Shown: positions 28,121 to 37,074 of the stretch, in pieces
Position numbering within the stretch: the first letter of the stretch is position 1
Layout: each line of letters opens with the position of its first letter
NCBI GenBank assembly: GCA_964490075.1
Contig: CAZBBK010000052.1
Location: forward strand, 1 to 41,495
Source: an uncultured Gemmatimonadota bacterium
Lineage (GTDB): Bacteria; GCA-2686955
DNA: 41,495 nucleotides
Direction of reading: 5' to 3'
Position numbers and translations under genes: made by a program
The notes under the pieces: model-generated
Told to the model about the DNA's origin: nothing
Database searches by the model: none
The model's input: only the letters and a program-made list of their open reading frames with translations

Positions 28121-28499
28121 GCATTGGATCCTCGATGACTTCGCGTCGGCTTTGGATCGGCTTCAGGAGGCGCTGGATCCACCGGCCACCGAGGATCTGA
28201 TCAAGGCCGGTTGCATTCAGTACTTCGAGCTCTGCTTCGAGCTCGGCTGGAAGAGCATCAAGGCGGTCGGAGCCACGCACGGTCTCGAGGAGTGCCTGTC
28301 GCCACGCTCCTGCTTGAAGCAGGCATTCGCCCAGGGCTGGATCGACGATGAGACCATCTGGCTCGAGATGCTGGATGCCCGGGACCGGATGTCTCACACC
28401 TACGATTCGGCACGCGCCCTGGAGGTGTACGCCTCGCTCGGGGCCTTCCTGGCGTGCCTGCGCACGCTCCGTGAGCGGCTGCAGGCAGCAATGGACTGA
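28110..28499 (+). CDS. HEPN toxin / HI0074-family nucleotidyltransferase substrate-binding protein
   Basis: IQYFELCFELGWKSIK, SPRSCLKQAF, WLEMLDARDRMSHTYD (RX4HXY). Start ATG 28110 overlaps the MNT 3' end; 129 aa. Confidence 0.88.
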   Translation: MNREHWILDDFASALDRLQEALDPPATEDLIKAGCIQYFELCFELGWKSIKAVGATHGLEECLSPRSCLKQAFAQGWIDDETIWLEMLDARDRMSHTYDSARALEVYASLGAFLACLRTLRERLQAAMD

Positions 28500-28505
28500 C
28501 TTCCT

Positions 28506-29060
28506 TCAGCGCCCCCCCGGCTCCCCCACCACCGCCAACAGAATCTCCCCGGCGACGTGATCCCCGAGCGATTCGCTGACGTGGTGCAGCAGCACCGGGC
28601 CGTCGGGGGCGACCACCAACGCCCCTCCCTGCTGCCAGGGATCGCCCTGCAAGCCGGTCTGGCGATGGCCGGACGCGTAGGCGCGCAGCCCGCCGATCAG
28701 GGAGCTCAGGCTGAAGGTCTTGGCGACGCCGCGCCGCAGCCCGGCCGCCTGGTAGGTCTTCAGGTCGGGGTCCGAGAGGATTCGCGCGGCGAGCCCGGTC
28801 TCTTCCTGGAAGGCCTCGACATAGTGCGCGGCGCCCGACCCGATCACCGTCAGGTCGGCGCCGAGCGATCTCAGCTCCGTTTCGATGCCGCGCAACTGCA
28901 CGGCCTGCTCGCGGCAGACCACTCAGCCGAAATGGCGCAGCCAGACCAGCACCGCGGGCCCGGCGGCTCCCTCCCAGAGGTCGCCGAGGCGAATGTCGAT
29001 CCCGTTGGTGTCGCGAGCGTGGGCGTCGGCCAGGCGAGACAGATCGAGAGTGGAAGGCAT
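28506..29060 (-). CDS. Peroxiredoxin-like (AhpC/TSA-2, SelL/SelU/FAM213-like) selenoprotein with UxxC motif
   Basis: ORFs 28923-29162 and 28506-28922 are in the same frame, separated only by TGA (28923-28925), reading WLRHFG-U-VVCREQA. Downstream DPDLKTYQAAGL and QGDPWQQGG are family motifs. GGAG RBS before ATG 29060; 184 aa. Confidence 0.85.
28886..28920 (-). promoter_or_regulatory. Candidate bacterial SECIS element
   Basis: Just 3' of the UGA: UGCCGCG(28916-28910)/CGCGGCA(28892-28886) stem with inner GCA/UGC and G-first loop GGCCG starting 18 nt after UGA. Alternative stem GGUCUGC/GCAGGCC. Confidence 0.55.
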
Positions 29061-29128
29061 CGGGGCTCCGTCTGATAGAGTTGCGGCCAAGTTGTCCCCC
29101 AGGATAGGTCCCTTCCCCGAGCATCCCC

Positions 29129-29815
29129 ATGGCCGAATCACAAAAATCCCCCGCCCTCGCATGGCTCGCCCTGATCGCCGCCGTCGCCCTCCTGGTCGCC
29201 GCGGCCTATGGCGCCGCCCTGATCCTCGGACGATCGCTGAACCCCCCCGCCGCCGCCGGCACAGCGGACCTGACGATCGCTCCGCTCTCCCTGGCCCCGC
29301 CCGCCGGGCTGCTGCTGATCGCGGCCTTCCTGGTCGGCATGTCGTGCTTCCGCGTCTTCCAGGCCCTGCAGGCCCCGACCGAGCCCGCCGCCGCCGAGCC
29401 GAAGCCGGCGGCCGAGGAAACCCCGCCGCCCCCGACCGAGGCCGGAACCCTCAGCCTGCTGAACATCCTGCAGCGCGAGGGACGGCTGATCGACTTCCTG
29501 CGCGAATCGGTCGCCTCTTACAGCGACGAGCAGGTCGGTGCCGCGGTGCGCGCCATCCACGCCGACTGCCGCCGGGCCCTCGACGAGCACGTCGACATCG
29601 AGCCGGTGCTGGCCGACGCCGAGGGGGACCGGGTGGTGATCGAGGCCGGCTTCGACCCCAGCGCGGTGCGCCTGAGCGGCAACCTGTCGGGCGATCCCCC
29701 CTACCGCGGCGTGCTCCAGCACCACGGCTGGCGCATCACCAACACCCGGGTCCCCGAGCGGCCGCCCTCGCAGGACGCGCGCATCCTGGCCCCGGCGGAG
29801 GTCGAGATCACATGA
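29129..29815 (+). CDS. DUF2760-family protein with two N-terminal TM helices (GrpE-like C-terminus inferred)
   Basis: LLNILQREGRLIDFLRE, QVGAAVRAIHADCR, GFDPSAVRLSGN, GVLQHHGW, ILAPAEVEI; hydrophobic N-terminal segments; ATGA overlap with the Hsp70-like gene. Confidence 0.85.
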   Translation: MAESQKSPALAWLALIAAVALLVAAAYGAALILGRSLNPPAAAGTADLTIAPLSLAPPAGLLLIAAFLVGMSCFRVFQALQAPTEPAAAEPKPAAEETPPPPTEAGTLSLLNILQREGRLIDFLRESVASYSDEQVGAAVRAIHADCRRALDEHVDIEPVLADAEGDRVVIEAGFDPSAVRLSGNLSGDPPYRGVLQHHGWRITNTRVPERPPSQDARILAPAEVEIT

Positions 29816-31644
29816 GCGGCTTCGACTCCGCCGCTGGCGACGCGCGCTTTTGCGTCGGCATCGACCTCGGCACCACCAACTCCTGCGTCGCCTACGTGCC
29901 CGCCGAGGGCGACGACGACGCCGTGCGGGTGCTCGAGATCCCGCAACTGGTGCGCGCCGGCGAGGTGGCGCCCGCCCCCCTCCTCCCCTCCTTCCTCTAC
30001 ATGGTGGCCGAGGCCGAGCACCGCCCGGGGGCCTGGCGCCTGCCCTGGCAAGACGAGGACGCCGACCGGGTCACCGGCGTGGCGGCCCGCGAGCGCGGCG
30101 CCGAGGTGCCCGATCGACTGGTCGCTTCCGCCAAATCCTGGCTCTGCCACGGCGGCGCCGACCGCGAGGGACCGATTCTGCCCTGGGAGGCCCCCGAGGG
30201 AGTCCCGCGGGTGTCGCCGGTCGACGCCGCGGCGGCCTATCTCGGGCACCTGCGCGACGCCTGGAACGCCGTGATGGCGCAAGGCGATCCGACCTGCGAG
30301 CTGGAGCGCCAGGCGGTGGTGCTCACGGTGCCGGCGTCGTTCGACGCGGTGGCGCGCGAGCTGACGCAGCGGGCGGCGGAGCGCATCGGCCTGCACGAGC
30401 CGACCCTGCTGGAGGAGCCGCAGGCGGCCCTCTACGCCTGGATCGCCGAGCGCGGCGCGACCTGGCGCGACGAGCTGCGGGTCGGGGACCGGCTGCTGGT
30501 GCTCGACGTCGGGGGCGGCACCACCGACCTGAGCCTGATCCAGGTCGCCGAGGAGGAGGGCGAGCTGACCCTGGAGCGGGTCGCGGTCGGAGACCACATC
30601 CTGCTCGGCGGCGACAACATGGACCTGACCCTGGCGCACGTCGCCGCCCAACGCCTGGCCCCGGGCGGGCGTCTCGACCGCTGGCAGATGCGGCAACTGG
30701 TTCACGCCTGCCGCGCCGCCAAAGAGGCGATCCTGACCCACCCCGAGGCCGGCCCGCGCCCGCTCACGGTGGTCGGCCGCGGCTCCTCCCTGATCGCCTC
30801 CACGCTGCGCACCGAGCTCACGCCGACCGAGACCGAGGCGGTGCTGATCGACGGCTTCTTCCCGCGCTGCGAGCCGGCCGCGCGCCCCGAACGGCGCCTG
30901 GGCGGCCTGCGCGAGCTGGGCCTGCCCTACGCCGCCGACCCCGCCGTGACCCGCCACCTGGCCGAGTTCCTGGGCCGCCGCGACGCGCCGCCGAGCGCCC
31001 TGCTCTTCAACGGCGGGGTGATGAAAGCGGCGCGCCTGCGCGGGCGGGTCGCGGAAGTGGTGGGCGGATGGACGCCAGGACCGGCGCCGAGACTGCTGGA
31101 GCCGGCCAGCTTCGACCTCGCGGTGGCCCGCGGCGCGGCCTACTACGGGCGGGCGCGGCGCGGCCAAGGAGTGCGCATCCGCGGCGGCACCGCGCGCAGC
31201 TACTACATCGGCGTCGAGGCGGCGCGGCCGGCGGTGCCCGGCATTCCGGCGCCGCTGCTGGCCCTCTGCGTCGCCCCGCAGGGCATGGAGGAGGGCAGCG
31301 AAACGCGGCTCGACGAGCGCGAGCTCGCGGTGGTGGTCGGGGAGCGGGCGGAATTCCGCTTCTTCTCGTCGACCCGCCGCCCCGACGATCGTCCCGGCCA
31401 GGTGATCGAGGGCTGGGAGAACGACGAGATCCAGGAGCTGAGCGGCATCGTGACCGCCCTGGAGAGGTCGGAGGAGCCGGACCCACTCTCGAACGCCGAG
31501 ACCAACCAGGCGCGCGGCACCGTGGTGCCGGTCCAGCTCCACACCCGCGCAAGCGAGATCGGCACCCTCGACCTCTTCTTCCTGGGGCGCGACGAGGGGC
31601 AGCGCTGGCGCCTGGAGTTCGACGTGAAAGAGCACCGGGAGTAG
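29812..31644 (+). CDS. Non-canonical Hsp70-family protein (short paralog)
   Basis: GIDLGTTNS, LTVPASFD, LLEEPQAA, DVGGGTTDLS, GGDNMD, LFNGG, AVARGAAYY. Start ATG 29812; 610 aa. Confidence 0.9.
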   Translation: MSGFDSAAGDARFCVGIDLGTTNSCVAYVPAEGDDDAVRVLEIPQLVRAGEVAPAPLLPSFLYMVAEAEHRPGAWRLPWQDEDADRVTGVAARERGAEVPDRLVASAKSWLCHGGADREGPILPWEAPEGVPRVSPVDAAAAYLGHLRDAWNAVMAQGDPTCELERQAVVLTVPASFDAVARELTQRAAERIGLHEPTLLEEPQAALYAWIAERGATWRDELRVGDRLLVLDVGGGTTDLSLIQVAEEEGELTLERVAVGDHILLGGDNMDLTLAHVAAQRLAPGGRLDRWQMRQLVHACRAAKEAILTHPEAGPRPLTVVGRGSSLIASTLRTELTPTETEAVLIDGFFPRCEPAARPERRLGGLRELGLPYAADPAVTRHLAEFLGRRDAPPSALLFNGGVMKAARLRGRVAEVVGGWTPGPAPRLLEPASFDLAVARGAAYYGRARRGQGVRIRGGTARSYYIGVEAARPAVPGIPAPLLALCVAPQGMEEGSETRLDERELAVVVGERAEFRFFSSTRRPDDRPGQVIEGWENDEIQELSGIVTALERSEEPDPLSNAETNQARGTVVPVQLHTRASEIGTLDLFFLGRDEGQRWRLEFDVKEHRE

Positions 31645-31647
31645 CGA

Positions 31648-33135
31648 GTGACGCGCCGCTCGGGACTGGCGCTGGCGCTCGGCCTCGCGATCGCCGCCAC
31701 CACCGTCATCGCCGGCCCGGTCACCGGAGGAATCATCGCCGCCCTCGGTCTGGCGCCCCTGGGCGTCGCCGTGATGCGTCGTTACCCCTGGGCTTCCATC
31801 GGCATCTACCTGGTCCTGATTCCGTGGGTAGTGCGCGCGAGCGAAATCGAGTTGGGGACGGGGATTCCAAATCTCGACTTTGAACGCCTCGGAATCTATG
31901 GCATCTCTTCGTTGGTGCTCTTCCAGGTCGCCACCAGAAAGCGTCGCTTGCTGCGCCTGACCCACTTCGACCGCATCTTCCTGCTCTTCATCGCCATGAT
32001 GCTGATCTCCGGCGTGATCATGGGCCAGTCGCCGCCGCAAACCGTGCGTCAAGTGGTTAGCGAAAACTGTTACCCCTTCGCGCTCTACTTCTCCATGAAG
32101 CACCTGGTTCGCCGGCCCGGCGAGGTGCGGGCTCTGGCGCTCTTCGCGGTGGCCGCGGCGGTGCTGCTGGCGGCGCACGCCTGCGGCGACCAGGTGCTGG
32201 GTCTGGGACTCGGCAAGGTGGAGCGGGAGTCGATCACCACCTACCAGCAGCTCGCCGAGCTCGGCGGCTATCACAGTTTACAAGAAAACCGTGCCGCGGG
32301 ACCGCTGGGGAACTCGGTGACGCTCGGAGTGTCGTTGATTCAGGGGATCGTGCTGGCCTTCTTCTTCATCGTCAACGAGCGGGGACGAACGCTGCGGCTG
32401 TGCATGGTCGCGGCCCTGGGACTGTGCGGCATCGCCTTGCTGGTGACCTACACGCGGTCGGTCTACATCGCCCTGGTGCTCTGTGGCCTGCTGATCTGGA
32501 GCTGGATGCCGCGGCTGCGGCGCGCGCTCGCGGTGGCGACGATTTTGAGCGGCATCGCGGCCCTTGGCTACCTGTCGACCGTGATCACCGACGACGACAA
32601 CCGGCTGCTCAAGCTCGGATCGATCGAGGAGCGGATCGGCGCCTACTCGATCACCTACTACTTCGTGAAGGCCAGTCCGATCATCGGCCACGGCTACGGC
32701 TACCAGACCTACCCCCATCTGAAGTCGCAGAACCTGGTCCCCAGGCTGGACTTCGTCAGCCGCCACAATCAGTTCGTGAACAACGCACCGCACAGCGAAA
32801 TCGGTCGCATCTTGATCACCATGGGGGTGGTCGGGTTGGCGATCTTCGGGCGCTACCTGTGGACCATGTTCGGGGAGCTGGCGGATTTCCGTCGCCACCT
32901 GGAGGAGCTGGAGCTGCAGGCGATGCTGCCGTGGATCGTCGCCGCCGCCTGCGGCATGATCGCCTTCTACGGGCAAGGCCCCTTCACCGACATGACAGCG
33001 ATGCACTACGCCGACACGGTCGTCTTCCTCTTTCTCGGGGCGGTGCTCGGGGTCTACGAAAACGCCCGGTTGCGGCGCCGAGCAGGCCCCCGGGAGGGGT
33101 CGAGTGCGGCTATAGTGGATCATAGCAACAGATGA
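31648..33135 (+). CDS. O-antigen ligase / Wzy-like polymerase family membrane protein
   Basis: Many TM helices; RAAGPLGNSV, TYTRS, SIEER, PIIGHGYG, APHSEI..LITMGVVG (Wzy_C pattern). Confidence 0.82.
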   Translation: MTRRSGLALALGLAIAATTVIAGPVTGGIIAALGLAPLGVAVMRRYPWASIGIYLVLIPWVVRASEIELGTGIPNLDFERLGIYGISSLVLFQVATRKRRLLRLTHFDRIFLLFIAMMLISGVIMGQSPPQTVRQVVSENCYPFALYFSMKHLVRRPGEVRALALFAVAAAVLLAAHACGDQVLGLGLGKVERESITTYQQLAELGGYHSLQENRAAGPLGNSVTLGVSLIQGIVLAFFFIVNERGRTLRLCMVAALGLCGIALLVTYTRSVYIALVLCGLLIWSWMPRLRRALAVATILSGIAALGYLSTVITDDDNRLLKLGSIEERIGAYSITYYFVKASPIIGHGYGYQTYPHLKSQNLVPRLDFVSRHNQFVNNAPHSEIGRILITMGVVGLAIFGRYLWTMFGELADFRRHLEELELQAMLPWIVAAACGMIAFYGQGPFTDMTAMHYADTVVFLFLGAVLGVYENARLRRRAGPREGSSAAIVDHSNR

Positions 33136-34466
33136 GAAACTGCGATTCCCCGTCGATTCGAGTGCTCTACGCGGCCCAGGAGCCTGGGCCGCTCGATATG
33201 ATCTATCTGCGCAGCCTGGTGGCGCAGACCGGAATCGAGACCACGCTGCTGAGCTTCGACCACCGCCCGGCGTCGCCTTGCGATCCCGGCGCCATCGAGG
33301 GCCTGCGGGTGATCCACGAGCCCGGCTACCGCCCGGGGTACCGCCACCGCGTGGCGCGCAATCCGGCGACCATCGCCGCCAATCGATTCGACCTGATGCG
33401 GGCCGAGCGGCGCATGCTGCGGAGTCTGCGCCGCGCGACGGCCGAGCTTCACCCCGCTCTGATCGTGGCGCCGATCGTGCACATGGCCGGCCTGGCGGTG
33501 GCGCGCTCCGGCTTCCATCCCTGGATCTGCATGCCACGCGGCTGCGATCTGCTGGTGGTCCCGCAGCGCTCGCCGCTGCACCGGCGCCGGGCGCTGCGCG
33601 TGCTCCGCTGCTGCGACGCGATCGTCACGCCGAGCCTCTTCGCGCGCCGAGCGGTGCACGATCTCGACCCGGCCCTGGCGGCCAAGACCTACGAGGGACC
33701 GTACGGGGTCGACACCGCCTGCTTCCGCTTCGACGGGCACGCGCGGGCCGAGTGGCGGGCGGCGCACGGTCTCGGCGACGCCGAAGTGCTGCTCTTCAGC
33801 CGCGGCTTCCGCGACGTGTATGGCTTCGACACCTTCGTCGAGGCCCTCGCCCTGGCTCGCGTCCGGCGTCCCAAACTGCGCGCCCTGGTGCTCGGCGACG
33901 CCGCGGCACCCGAGGCGGCGGCGGCACGAGACCTGGTGCGCGGACGAGGAATCGGCGACATCGTCACCTTCGTGCCGCCGCTGCCTCACCGGCGGATGCC
34001 GCGCATCTACGCGGCCGCCGACCTCTTCGTGCAGACCAATCGCAGCGACGAATGTCCCGCCTCTCTGCTGGAAGCGCTGTCTTGCGAACGGCCGGTGGTC
34101 AGCACCGCGCTGGCCTGCTACCGGCCGATGCTCTGTGACGACATCGATGTCATCGAGCAAGCGCCGGTCGGCGACGCCGGCGCGCTGGCCGATTGCTTCG
34201 ATCGCTGGCTCGACGCGGACATGGAGCGCCGTGCCGCGCTGCTCCGCCGCGGTCGCCAGGTGGTGTGTCGCCACTACGAGTGGCAAACCAACTTCCCGGT
34301 GCTGGTCGAGCAACTGCGCCAGACCATCGCCGTGGCGGCGGGCCAGCGCCCCTGGCTCGACCCCGAGCAACGACCGGCCGAGATCCTGGAGCGCATGAAG
34401 AGCCGCGCGGCAAGGAGTGGAGCATCTCGATCCCAAGGAGCGAGAACAACCGTGGGGGGCCCGTGA
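33132..34466 (+). CDS. Glycosyltransferase family 4 (GT-B)
   Basis: RGCDLL, YGVDTACF, YAAADLFVQ..SDECPASLLEALSCERPVVST. ATGA overlap with the upstream gene. Confidence 0.88.
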   Translation: MRNCDSPSIRVLYAAQEPGPLDMIYLRSLVAQTGIETTLLSFDHRPASPCDPGAIEGLRVIHEPGYRPGYRHRVARNPATIAANRFDLMRAERRMLRSLRRATAELHPALIVAPIVHMAGLAVARSGFHPWICMPRGCDLLVVPQRSPLHRRRALRVLRCCDAIVTPSLFARRAVHDLDPALAAKTYEGPYGVDTACFRFDGHARAEWRAAHGLGDAEVLLFSRGFRDVYGFDTFVEALALARVRRPKLRALVLGDAAAPEAAAARDLVRGRGIGDIVTFVPPLPHRRMPRIYAAADLFVQTNRSDECPASLLEALSCERPVVSTALACYRPMLCDDIDVIEQAPVGDAGALADCFDRWLDADMERRAALLRRGRQVVCRHYEWQTNFPVLVEQLRQTIAVAAGQRPWLDPEQRPAEILERMKSRAARSGASRSQGARTTVGGP

Positions 34467-35149
34467 CCGAGCTCGAGACAAGGCAACCCTGTGCAAGTCT
34501 GGCCCGCGCCGCCGATCTCTTCGGCGCCTCGCGACGGGCCGAAGCGGAGCTGGAGGCGGTTCTGCAGCGGCTGCGCCTGCAGGATCCGGAGCGGCGGCCG
34601 CGCAGCATCGCGTTGACCGGCATCGCGCCCGGTTCGGGCACCAGCACCGTGGCGGCCGGGCTGGGCTGGCTGCTGGCGACACAGTATCGGGTGCCGGTGC
34701 TGTTGGTGGAGGCCGGCGCGCCGTGGACCGGCGAGGGAGTCGCCGGCGAAGCGCCGGGTGACACCGTCGGATTGTGCCAGCTCCTGAGCGGCGACGCGGC
34801 CGCGGGCGACGTTCTGGTCGCAACACAGTTCGACCGCCTGCGGCGGATTCCGCGCGGCGTCGGGGAGCCAGCATTCGCGCAGACCGACCTACCGGCGCTG
34901 CTCGCCGAGCTGGAGCAGGCCCACGGCGTGGTGCTGATCGACACGGCAGCGGTGCTGGTAGAGCCCCAGTCCGCAGCGCTCGGCGCCGCGGCCGGCCGCA
35001 CTCTGCTGGTGGCGCGCCACGGCAGCGCACGGCGCGCGGAGCTGCGGCGCGCCGCGGCCCTGGTCCAGGACAGCGGCGGCACCCTGTGCGGCGTGGTGCT
35101 CAACCGAGTCGACGACAGTCTGCCGGGGTGGCTGGCCCGGGCGCTTTGA
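34463..35149 (+). CDS. CpsD/CapB-like BY-kinase homolog, probably a pseudokinase
   Basis: SIALTGIAPGSGTST (Walker A without Lys), LLVEAG (A' degenerate), VLIDTAA (Walker B), GVVLNRV; no C-terminal Tyr cluster. Start GTG 34463 in a GTGA overlap. Confidence 0.8.
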   Translation: MTELETRQPCASLARAADLFGASRRAEAELEAVLQRLRLQDPERRPRSIALTGIAPGSGTSTVAAGLGWLLATQYRVPVLLVEAGAPWTGEGVAGEAPGDTVGLCQLLSGDAAAGDVLVATQFDRLRRIPRGVGEPAFAQTDLPALLAELEQAHGVVLIDTAAVLVEPQSAALGAAAGRTLLVARHGSARRAELRRAAALVQDSGGTLCGVVLNRVDDSLPGWLARAL

Positions 35150-35160
35150 GAGGGGGAGCG

Positions 35161-36672
35161 ATGACCGACCCATCGAATAGCCGACCCACCGCGGGCGACG
35201 CGGGACTGGGCCTCGACGCCGGCGACATCTTGCGCATCTACTTCGATCGCAAGCGGCTGATCGTCGCCATCGTGGCCGCGGCGACTCTGTTCACGACGCT
35301 GCTGACCTTTGTGATTCCGCGCACCTATGTCTCCAGCGTCGAGCTGCTGGTGGCCCGCAACGAGCCGGACGTCTCCGACAGCGACGCCACGCGGCCTCTG
35401 ACCGCCCTCAACCGGGGCGAGATGCTGGCGACCGAGGCGCAGATCCTCACGTCGAGCGGGCTGGTGGCGCGTGCTCTGGAAGAGCATGGCGATCTCGACA
35501 CGGCACCGACCCAGGTCAACCTGCTCAGCGGCGCGCTGCGCTATGCCGCCCTCGCGTTGCGGGCCGTCGGTCTGCTGGACGCATCCGACGATCCACTGGC
35601 GGAGCGGATCGACAACCTGGCGGCGCGCATCGAGGTCAACGATCACGTCGATGCCAACACTCTGGTCGTCGAGTACGGGCACGACTCGCCCGATGTCGCG
35701 CAGGCCGCCTTGAGCGCTTTGATCGACACCTATCTGCGCTTTCGGATCGACACTCTGCGACGTCCCGATCTGCTGGCGCGCTTCGAGAAGCGGGTGGCGG
35801 AGACCCGAGCACGGATGGACGAGCTGCTGGAGCAACTGAACCGCCTGCGCCGAGAGTCGGGGATGGTCGACCCCGAGATCGAGCGCGAGCGGGCGGTCAG
35901 CTACCTGGCCGATCTGCGCGAGCGGGCCAAGGATCTGGAAATCGAGCGCCACGCACAACGCGCCCGGGCCGCCAAGCTCGATTCGCTGATCGAGCGCAGC
36001 CCGCCCACCATCATGATCCAGAACGAGAAGGCCAGAAACCCCGACTTCACCTCGGTCAGCCGCGACGTGACCAACCTGGAGTCGAAACGTCGCAACAGTC
36101 TCTACCTCGAGGACGCGGCACCGCACGGCTGGACCGAGTCGCGACTCGAGCAGAGCCGCGAGCAGCTCGACGAGACCGAGGAGCTGGTGATCCGCTACGA
36201 GGTGGAAGGCCCCGATCCGCAGTACGCCGCGCTGCTCGACACCCGCAACGAGCTGGCCATCGACGTGGCGCTGATCGACGACCGCGCGCGTCTGGTCGGC
36301 CAAGCGATCGAGGCGGAGCAGATCCGAGTCCTCGATCTGAGCGGCTACGCCGACGCCATGGCGCGCATCGAAGAGGAGCTGAGCGCCGTCGCCGGCACCC
36401 ACCGCATCCACCTCGCCAAGCGCGAGGCGGCGATGCTGGCGGAAGCGGCGGAGCGAAGCGAGGTCAACGTCAAGGTGATCAAAGCGCCCAATCGGCCGGC
36501 CCGGCCGGCGGTCCCGCGCCTGGTGCCGATCGTGATCGCGGCGCTCGCGGCTTTTGCCTGCGCACTCGGTCTGGCGACCCTGCAGGCGCTGGTCTCGGAT
36601 CGGCTGCGCGGCGAGCGCGACGTGTGGGAGACGATCGGCGTGCCGGTGCTGGGGGCGATCGAGGAGGTTTGA
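35161..36672 (+). CDS. Polysaccharide co-polymerase (Wzz/GumC/Wzc N-terminal-type)
   Basis: N-terminal TM then PRTYVSSVELLV, TEAQILTS, long coiled coil, VKVIKAPNRPARPAVPR, C-terminal TM, IGVPVLGAI; 503 aa. Confidence 0.85.
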   Translation: MTDPSNSRPTAGDAGLGLDAGDILRIYFDRKRLIVAIVAAATLFTTLLTFVIPRTYVSSVELLVARNEPDVSDSDATRPLTALNRGEMLATEAQILTSSGLVARALEEHGDLDTAPTQVNLLSGALRYAALALRAVGLLDASDDPLAERIDNLAARIEVNDHVDANTLVVEYGHDSPDVAQAALSALIDTYLRFRIDTLRRPDLLARFEKRVAETRARMDELLEQLNRLRRESGMVDPEIERERAVSYLADLRERAKDLEIERHAQRARAAKLDSLIERSPPTIMIQNEKARNPDFTSVSRDVTNLESKRRNSLYLEDAAPHGWTESRLEQSREQLDETEELVIRYEVEGPDPQYAALLDTRNELAIDVALIDDRARLVGQAIEAEQIRVLDLSGYADAMARIEEELSAVAGTHRIHLAKREAAMLAEAAERSEVNVKVIKAPNRPARPAVPRLVPIVIAALAAFACALGLATLQALVSDRLRGERDVWETIGVPVLGAIEEV

Positions 36673-36713
36673 GGCTGGCTTCCCGGCGATTCCGAGAGCG
36701 CCGGCCTGGCGCC

Positions 36714-37001
36714 CAGGGTCCCGGCAAAGTCGCCGGGACCAGGCTTTGGTCTTCAGGCTTCGGGCTTTGGGCCCGGAGGGCGGACATCCGGGGCGGATCG
36801 CGTTGACCAGCTTGGTGGTGGGCAAACGCGCCGAGTGCAAGTCGGCGGGATCCCCCGATGTTCGAGCCGCGGACGCAGTGGACTCTTCTGTCCCCGCACC
36901 GGCGAAGACCGCGCGCTGGACCTCGCGTGACGACTCGGGTCTTCCGGAAGGCCGACACCTGAGGCCTGAAGCCCGGTCCCGGCGACTTTGCCGGAACCCT
37001 G
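36714..37001. mobile_element. 288-bp non-autonomous element (MITE) with 33-bp terminal inverted repeats and 10-bp target-site duplication
   Basis: Left end CAGGGTCCCGGCAAAGTCGCCGGGACCAGGCTT vs reverse complement of right end CAGGGTTCCGGCAAAGTCGCCGGGACCGGGCTT (2 mismatches). GCCTGGCGCC directly flanks both ends (36704-36713, 37002-37011). Confidence 0.85.
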
Positions 37002-37039
37002 GCCTGGCGCCCGACCTGCTGGATCCCGATCGATTATCC

Positions 37040-37068
37040 TTGAAATCTGGTGATGCCGTCATTAGATT
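37040..37068 (+). promoter_or_regulatory. Sigma70 promoter for the DUF4143 ATPase (leaderless transcript)
   Basis: TTGAAA-N17-TAGATT, then 6 nt to ATG 37075; no Shine-Dalgarno. Confidence 0.65.
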
Positions 37069-37074
37069 TCGCGC

